A stretch of DNA of 50,146 bases from Armatimonadota bacterium (GTDB taxonomy: Bacteria > Armatimonadota > UBA5829 > JAUSEB01): the NCBI GenBank assembly GCA_030650495.1, contig JAUSEB010000032.1, forward strand, positions 1 through 50,146. The letters are read 5' to 3'. Positions 43,205 through 50,146 of the stretch are shown here, piece after piece; position 1 is the first letter of the stretch; the number at the start of each line of letters is the position of its first letter. A program made the translations under genes and the position numbers. Below the pieces are notes generated by a model. The model was not told the DNA's origin and did no database searches. It saw only the letters and a list, made by a program, of their open reading frames with translations.

Positions 43205-43708
43205 TTGAGTATCTTTGAGCAACTTGGCATAGACCCCAAGTTGATTGTAGTTAATATAGTTAGTTTCGTGATTCTTCTTGCGATTCTGAAGAAGTTCCTC
43301 TACGGCCCCGTGACTCAATTGATTGCGAGCCGTGCTGAGGACATTCGTTCAGCGTATTCCGCCGCTGAGGACGAAAAAGCCAAGATGGAGGAGCTTCGGG
43401 CGGATTACGAGCGCAGGCTGGCCGATATAGAGTCCGAAGCCCGGCAGCGGATTCAGGAAAGCGTAAAGGAAGCGCAGGGGATTCGTGAGCAGTTGTTGAC
43501 CGAAGCGCGGGCAAATGCGGACAAGATTATGACCCGCGCCGAAGAAGAACTTATCCGCGAACGCGAGAAAGCAGTTGTCGAGCTTCGCCGGGAAGTGGTG
43601 GATTTGACTATCAACGCGGCGAGCAAGCTGGTCGAAAAGTCGCTTGACGACCCCGGCCACAGGCGGCTGGTTGACGAGTTCATTGAAAGCGTCGGAGCCA
43701 AAAAGTGA
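43205..43708 (+). CDS. atpF: F0 ATP synthase subunit b
   Basis: N-terminal TM helix plus a long charged helix. TTG start after taggaggg. Position in the operon supports the call. Confidence 0.88.
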   Translation: MSIFEQLGIDPKLIVVNIVSFVILLAILKKFLYGPVTQLIASRAEDIRSAYSAAEDEKAKMEELRADYERRLADIESEARQRIQESVKEAQGIREQLLTEARANADKIMTRAEEELIREREKAVVELRREVVDLTINAASKLVEKSLDDPGHRRLVDEFIESVGAKK

Positions 43709-44244
43709 TCGACAGCAGGATAACCAGGCGATACGTGACCGCGCTGTACGACGCGGCGGAGAAGGCGGGAGTCCCTGACCTTGTGGAGAGCGACCTCGGT
43801 TTGATCACGTACACTCTGGAAAGTATGCCTAACCTTCGAGACGCGCTTTTGCAGCCTCTTATTCCGGCTTCGAGGAAAAAAGAAATCGTCTCTCAGGTGT
43901 TTCAGGGCAAGGTCCATGATATTACTCTGCACTATTTGTTCCTTATCATCGATATGGACCGCGCCGAAGTCATCGAGCAGACGGAGTCCGAATTCATCCG
44001 TATCGCGAACGAACGGCGAGGGATTATCGCCGCTGAAGTTCGCTGCGCGGTGGAATTGACGCAGGAGCAAATCAAACGGCTAAAAGAGAAATTGGATGCC
44101 TATACGGGCAAAAAGGTTGAAATAAGTTTGTTAATAGATGAGTCGCTCATCGGCGGGTTGAGCGTGAAAATCGGCGACACCGTATTGGACGGAAGCATCA
44201 CCGGCTATCTGGCCCGGCTGAAAGAGCAATTGTTGAAAAGTTGA
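43705..44244 (+). CDS. atpH: F1 ATP synthase subunit delta (OSCP)
   Basis: The GTG start overlaps the atpF stop (GTGA). RYVTALYDAAEK..., C-terminal LIGGLSVKIGDTVLDGSI. Confidence 0.9.
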   Translation: MIDSRITRRYVTALYDAAEKAGVPDLVESDLGLITYTLESMPNLRDALLQPLIPASRKKEIVSQVFQGKVHDITLHYLFLIIDMDRAEVIEQTESEFIRIANERRGIIAAEVRCAVELTQEQIKRLKEKLDAYTGKKVEISLLIDESLIGGLSVKIGDTVLDGSITGYLARLKEQLLKS

Positions 44245-44383
44245 GAGTTTAGGGTTTAGGGTTGAGAGAAACCTCCCCCTAACCCCCTCCCACAGGGAGG
44301 GGGGATTTGCCCCCTCTCCTTTTAGGGGAGGGTTGGGGTGGGGTCTTATTCTAACTTCTAACTTCCAACTTCTAACCTCTAAA
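44243..44383. repeat. composite spacer: TAGGGTT heptamers, C-rich multi-hairpin element, TTCTAAC array
   Basis: gagagtt tagggtt tagggtt gagagaa (44243-44270); acctccccctaaccccctcccacagggagggggg..cccctctccttttaggggagggttggggtggggt (44271-44344); ttctaac x2, ttccaac, ttctaac, ctctaaa (44349-44383). Confidence 0.85.
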
Positions 44384-44396
44384 TGGGAGTGACAAT

Positions 44397-45911
44397 ATGG
44401 CGGTAACGATCAGGCCTGAAGAAGTAACTACTATACTGGAACAGCAGCTTGCGGGCTACAAAAAGGAACTGCGGGAGGTCGGCGTCGGCACGGTTTTGCA
44501 GGTCGGCGACGGCATCGCGCGCATTTACGGCTTGCAGGACGTTATGGCGAGTGAGCTGGTGGAGTTTCCAAATGGCGTTATGGGAATGACGCTGAACCTT
44601 GAAGAAAACAATATCGGCTGCATCATTTTAGGCTCCGACGTGGGGATAAAAGAAGGCGACATTGTTAAGCGCACCGGACGCATCGCCGACGTTCCCGTTG
44701 GCGGCGCAATGACCGGGCGCGTGGTGGACGCTCTTGGAAACCCGATTGACGGCAAAGGGCCGGTTGTCACAACCGAGCGGCGGCATATTGAAGGCCACGC
44801 TCCCGGCGTCGTAGAGCGAATGCCTGTCAACCAGTCTTTGCAGACCGGCCTGAAGTCGATCGACTCGATGATCCCGATTGGCCGGGGACAGAGAGAGCTT
44901 ATCATCGGCGACCGCCAGACCGGAAAGACCGCCATCGCCGTGGATACCATTTTGAACCAGAAGGGCCAGGATGTGTTCTGCATTTACGTTGCGATAGGCC
45001 AGAAGATGTCTACAGTCGCGCAAATCGTGCAGACGTTTGAGGAAAACGGCGCCATGGAATATACGACCGTCGTCGCGGCGACCGCCGGCGACCCGGCTCC
45101 CCAGCAGTATATCGCGCCTTATGCGGGCTGCGCTCTGGGCGAGTATTTCCGCGATAACGGCAAGCACGCATTGGTAATTTACGACGATCTTTCAAAGCAC
45201 GCGCAGGCTTACAGAGAGGTTTCGCTTCTGCTTCGCCGGCCGCCGGGCCGCGAGGCTTATCCCGGCGACATCTTTTATTTGCACGCGAGACTCCTGGAGC
45301 GCGCCGCGAAGTTGAACGAAGAGCTTGGCAGCGGAAGTCTGACCGCCCTGCCGATCATCGAAACCCAGGCGGGAGACGTTTCGGCGTATATTCCTACGAA
45401 CGTCATCTCAATCACCGATGGGCAGATTTATCTTGAAAGCGATTTGTTCTATTCCGGCATCCGTCCCGCTATCAACATCGGCGTGTCGGTCTCAAGAGTA
45501 GGAAGCAAGGCGCAAATCCCGGCGATGAAGAAAGTGGCGGGAAGCCTCAAGATGGACTTGGCGAGATATTGGGAGCTTCAGGCGTTCGCCCAGTTCTCAA
45601 GCGACCTCGATAAAGTAACTTTAGCCCAGCTTGGACGCGGAGAGCGGATTGTGGAAGTCCTCAAACAACCGCAGTATACGCCAATACCCGTTGAAGACCA
45701 GGTTATGATTATCTACGTGGCGACGAACGGCTACCTGGACGATTTGCCCGTTCCCGCTATCAAGAAGTTCGAGCGCGAGTTCTACACGTTTATGCATGAC
45801 AAATATCCTGAGCTTGGGCTGCAAATCAAGCAGACCGGCAAACTGACTGATGAGAACATAGAGACACTAAAGAAAGCGGCAACGGAGTTTAAATCGGAGT
45901 TTAGAGTTTAG
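44397..45911 (+). CDS. atpA: F1 ATP synthase subunit alpha
   Basis: Walker [14 protein letters not shown]; 504 aa; RBS gggagtg. Confidence 0.97.
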   Translation: MAVTIRPEEVTTILEQQLAGYKKELREVGVGTVLQVGDGIARIYGLQDVMASELVEFPNGVMGMTLNLEENNIGCIILGSDVGIKEGDIVKRTGRIADVPVGGAMTGRVVDALGNPIDGKGPVVTTERRHIEGHAPGVVERMPVNQSLQTGLKSIDSMIPIGRGQRELIIGDRQTGKTAIAVDTILNQKGQDVFCIYVAIGQKMSTVAQIVQTFEENGAMEYTTVVAATAGDPAPQQYIAPYAGCALGEYFRDNGKHALVIYDDLSKHAQAYREVSLLLRRPPGREAYPGDIFYLHARLLERAAKLNEELGSGSLTALPIIETQAGDVSAYIPTNVISITDGQIYLESDLFYSGIRPAINIGVSVSRVGSKAQIPAMKKVAGSLKMDLARYWELQAFAQFSSDLDKVTLAQLGRGERIVEVLKQPQYTPIPVEDQVMIIYVATNGYLDDLPVPAIKKFEREFYTFMHDKYPELGLQIKQTGKLTDENIETLKKAATEFKSEFRV

Positions 45912-46006
45912 AGAAACCGGATTCGGAAATCCGGCCTTAGCTTTGGGGTGGCGATTCGGAAATCGCCACCCAGTCCCGTTCTCTCAACTCTCAACTCTCA
46001 ACTAAC
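45897..46006. repeat. GAGTTTA array / two small palindromes / TCTCAAC array
   Basis: gagtttagagtttagag overlaps the atpA stop at 45909-45911. Then ccggattcggaaatccgg (45917-45934), ggtggcgattcggaaatcgccacc (45947-45970) and tctcaac x3 (45982-46002). The two arrays are complementary apart from one mismatch per unit. Confidence 0.85.
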
Positions 46007-46858
46007 ATGGGTATGCGAGACATCCGGACCAGGATCAAAGTAGTCCGGAACATAGAGAAAATAACGAGCGCGATGAAGATGGTCGCCGCAGCGCGCCTGA
46101 AGAAGGCGCAAAACAAGGCAGAGGCCGCCCGCCCGTACGCCAACATGATGAGCCTGGTTATGGAGAGCTTGTCGCGGGCGTCGGCGGGAATAGAGCATCC
46201 GCTTCTCGAAGTCAGGCCGGAAGAGAACATCGCGGTTATCGTCATCGGCGCCGATAGAGGATTGGCCGGAAGCTATAACTCCAACGTTATGCGCAGGACT
46301 ATTGAGCTTCTGCGCGGCAGGGACGAACAGAGCGTCCGCCTTGTCCTGCTTGGCCGGAAATCCGTGAACTTTTTCCGCAAGAGGAAATACCCGGTCGCCG
46401 CGACGCTCAGCGTCCCGACTTCCAACGTGGGATTTGCCGACATTAGGCCGGTCGCCGCGAAGATTCGAGACTTGTTTGAATCGAAGGAAGTAGACGCGGT
46501 CTATCTCGTATATTCGCAATTCGTAACGGCGATGACCCAGCGGCCAACCGCTATAAAGCTGCTGCCTATCGAGCCTTCCGTGGGCGAGGAAGAGCCTGGC
46601 GGCGAGTTCATCTTCGAGCCGGGAGCCGAAGTACTCCTCGGCAGGCTTTTGCCGCGTTACGTTGACACGCAGATTTACAGAGCGTTGGTCGAGGCTGTTG
46701 CCAGCGAACACGGGGCCAGAATGACATCGATGTCCGCCGCGACCAAAAACGCGGGCGAGATGATAGACAATTTGACACTTTCATATAACAAAGCGCGCCA
46801 GGCCGCGATCACGAAAGAAATATCGGAGATCGTGAGCGCGGCGGAGGCGTTGAAATAG
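46007..46858 (+). CDS. atpG: F1 ATP synthase subunit gamma
   Basis: IRTRIKVVRNIEKITSAMKMVAAARL N-terminus and ITKEISEIVSAAEAL C-terminus. Confidence 0.95.
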   Translation: MGMRDIRTRIKVVRNIEKITSAMKMVAAARLKKAQNKAEAARPYANMMSLVMESLSRASAGIEHPLLEVRPEENIAVIVIGADRGLAGSYNSNVMRRTIELLRGRDEQSVRLVLLGRKSVNFFRKRKYPVAATLSVPTSNVGFADIRPVAAKIRDLFESKEVDAVYLVYSQFVTAMTQRPTAIKLLPIEPSVGEEEPGGEFIFEPGAEVLLGRLLPRYVDTQIYRALVEAVASEHGARMTSMSAATKNAGEMIDNLTLSYNKARQAAITKEISEIVSAAEALK

Positions 46859-46916
46859 CTATCAGTTATCAGTTATCAGCTGTCAGCTGTCAGCTGTCAG
46901 CTGACAGCTGACAGCT
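46857..46916. repeat. AGCTGTC-family array/palindrome (8.5 units)
   Basis: agctatc agttatc agttatc agctgtc x3 agctgac x2 agct. It starts inside the atpG stop codon. Confidence 0.95.
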
Positions 46917-46923
46917 TTGGGAT

Positions 46924-47078
46924 CGGCTTCGGCTTCAAAGAGGGAGTGTTCAAAAAGTCCTATATACCTGTAGCCTAGGGCTTTATGCCCGTCAATTCAC
47001 GCTCAGGTTGACTGCAATATGACGCCCACAAGGGGCTAGGCTACGGTTTTTGAACACTCCCAAGAACAAGCCGAAGCA
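46924..47078. repeat. three-layer nested palindrome
   Basis: gcttcggctt/aagccgaagc (outer), gggagtgttcaaaaa/tttttgaacactccc (46942-46956 / 47047-47061), gtagcctaggg/ggctaggctac (inner). The inner 99 nt is nearly identical to 34455-34553. Confidence 0.9.
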
Positions 47079-47103
47079 TATTTAGCCGACACTTCGCTAT
47101 TCC

Positions 47104-47210
47104 TTCATTCTGAACGAAGTGAAGAATCTACACAGGTAGTAAATATGTATATACGTTATGCTATATATACAACAAATTAGATTATTCGTCGCTTCGCTCC
47201 TCAGAATGAC
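47104..47210 (+). mobile_element. MITE-like element, copy C (107 nt)
   Basis: The ends ttcattctgaacgaagtgaagaatc and gattattcgtcgcttcgctcctcagaatgac flank an AT-rich core. It is followed by gggtttgcggc. Confidence 0.8.
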
Positions 47211-47254
47211 GGGTTTGCGGCTGTCGTTTAGTGAATGATGGCTGCTAGTGAAAG

Positions 47255-48715
<1,461 letters not shown>

Positions 48716-48730
48716 ATAAGCATAGGATGA

Positions 48731-48935
48731 CTATCCTTCGGCTCGTTCTTTGGAGCCGAAGACAACGTAGCATTGACGGCTTCGGCTTCAAAATGGGAGT
48801 GTTCAAAAACCGTAGCCCCGGCCCTTGTGGCCGGTCGGGCGACAGTGAAATCTACCTCAGCAGACGGGGCACAAGGCCCCGAGCTACAGAGGAATCGGCA
48901 TTTTTGAACATTCCAGAAAACGAGCCGAAGGATAG
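48731..48935. repeat. 205-nt multi-layer nested palindrome filling the atpD-atpC spacer
   Basis: A perfect 17-bp outer stem: ctatccttcggctcgtt (48731-48747) pairs with aacgagccgaaggatag (48919-48935). Inside are gccgaag/cttcggc, gggagtgttcaaaaa/tttttgaacattcc and gtagcc..gagctac. Confidence 0.9.
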
Positions 48936-48961
48936 CTAAAAGGAAACAGAGTACTTAGAAT

Positions 48962-49384
48962 ATGGCCGGCAGAACGTTTCGGTTGGAAATAGTGACTCCA
49001 GAGCGCGTCGTGATAGCCGATGACACGATTACGTCAGTAGTCGCGCCTGGGTCGGAAGGTTATTTGGGCGTAATGGCCAATCACGCGCCCTTGCTGACGG
49101 AGTTGATGGTCGGCCAGGTTGACATCAGACGCTCCGATGACTCCGAAACGGGTGTCGCCACAAGCGGCGGCTTCATGGAAGTCAGCGCAAATAGGGTCAT
49201 AATCCTTGCCGATACGGCGGAGCTTGCCGAAGAGATCGACATAACCCGCGCCGAAGAGGCAAAACGTCGCGCGGAAGTACGGCTCAGCAGGCGCAATGAG
49301 GATGAAGTAGATTCCGCAAGGGCTGAGACGGCGGTATCTCGCGCGATGAACCGGCTGCACGTGGTCGAGCATTTCCGCAGGTAA
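48962..49384 (+). CDS. atpC: F1 ATP synthase subunit epsilon
   Basis: LEIVTPERVV..., GYLGVMANHAPLLTEL, GGFMEV, and a C-terminal helical hairpin. Confidence 0.93.
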   Translation: MAGRTFRLEIVTPERVVIADDTITSVVAPGSEGYLGVMANHAPLLTELMVGQVDIRRSDDSETGVATSGGFMEVSANRVIILADTAELAEEIDITRAEEAKRRAEVRLSRRNEDEVDSARAETAVSRAMNRLHVVEHFRR

Positions 49385-49387
49385 ATT

Positions 49388-49415
49388 GGTTGTCGGTCGA
49401 TGGTTGATAGTTCAG
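49388..49415 (+). repeat. degenerate GGTTGAT heptamer array (4 units)
   Basis: ggttgtc ggtcgat ggttgat agttcag, directly after the atpC stop. Confidence 0.7.
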
Positions 49416-49424
49416 GGAACGAAT

Positions 49425-50146
49425 ATGAGAAAATTTTCCTCAACCTTGATTGTAATAAGCCTCATCTCTTTGCTCTTCATTTCATCCATCCCAATTCAAG
49501 CGCAAACTCCCAATTCCCAAGAGATTTGGATGGGGGTCTACCTGGGAGATATGAAACTTGGCTATATGAGCATGTCCTCCACGAAAACGCAATATAACGG
49601 CCGGGACGCGTATCGATCAGACGTCATCATGCGCACGAAGATGATGCTTCTCGGCGCGCGGATTCGGCAAGACATCAACATGGTTGTGTACACGGATCTC
49701 GAACAAAAACCAATCTTCGAGGTATTCGAGATGTCTTCGGGCGGGCAGACATCCAGGATCGAGGCGGAATTCAAGCCTGACGTGATCGAGTGCAAACACG
49801 TCTCGCAGGGAGTAGTCACTCCTAAAAGCATTCCGATACCGCCTGGAACCAACCTCACGGATGACTCAAGTCTTTACGGCGTTGGCGGTAAAAAAGTGCA
49901 GGTCGGCGATAAGTTCTCAGCAAACTATTTTAATCCTTTGACCTTCACCATCGATCCGCTCACATCGGAAGTAACGCATCGTGAGAAGCTGGAACTGCGT
50001 GGCAAGACCTACGACGTCTTTGTCGTGAAAAGAAACTCGCCCATGGAAGACATGACGCTGTGGGTCGATGAGAACGGCGAACCTATTCAAATCATTATGA
50101 AGGTCACAATGATCCGCGAGACCAAAGAGGAAGCCATGGCCGGACT
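49425..50146 (+). CDS. secreted hypothetical protein, 5' part (runs off the window; not in the ORF track)
   Basis: ATG at 49425 after aggga. Signal peptide MRKFSSTLIVISLISLLFISSIPIQA. I read 240 codons with no stop to the window end. Confidence 0.7.
   Translation, partial: MRKFSSTLIVISLISLLFISSIPIQAQTPNSQEIWMGVYLGDMKLGYMSMSSTKTQYNGRDAYRSDVIMRTKMMLLGARIRQDINMVVYTDLEQKPIFEVFEMSSGGQTSRIEAEFKPDVIECKHVSQGVVTPKSIPIPPGTNLTDDSSLYGVGGKKVQVGDKFSANYFNPLTFTIDPLTSEVTHREKLELRGKTYDVFVVKRNSPMEDMTLWVDENGEPIQIIMKVTMIRETKEEAMAG

Overview
This is a bacterial chromosomal segment read by eye; no tools were used and coordinates were hand-counted from the 60-nt lines. I can support 36 protein genes. At the left edge is a small ferredoxin. 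A leftward block follows: CaCA-type cation exchanger, MFS transporter, Gfo/Idh/MocA oxidoreductase, RtcB RNA ligase, GT4 glycosyltransferase, DUF721/DciA-like, recF and dnaA. After a strand switch near 11 kb comes a mostly rightward block: a GH5-like hydrolase, two giant secreted multidomain glycoside hydrolases (1287 and 1750 aa), bacterioferritin, a six-PAS sensor ending in an RsbW-like ATPase, a DUF488/orphan/DUF488/orphan/RecQ cluster, a phosphohexomutase, serS, a HAD hydrolase and a complete atpZ-I-B-E-F-H-A-G-D-C operon. Three leftward genes are interspersed in that block. A DnaA-box cluster plus an AT-rich tract between dnaA and recF marks a candidate oriC; dnaN is absent from the window. 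I saw no rRNA, tRNA, CRISPR array, transposase or phage gene. The most unusual property is non-genic: almost every intergenic spacer is packed with modular repeats. These are tandem arrays of about ten different heptanucleotides that fold back on inverted arrays, several families of long nested palindromes, and a ~107-nt MITE-like element. The repeats abut or supply stop codons, run into the 5' end of recQ, and inflate spacers inside the ATP synthase operon to 150-460 nt. The best candidates for undescribed biology are the translationally coupled DUF488-227aa-RecQ module, the shared ~600-aa C-terminal module of the two giant hydrolases, and the heptamer/palindrome repeat system itself.
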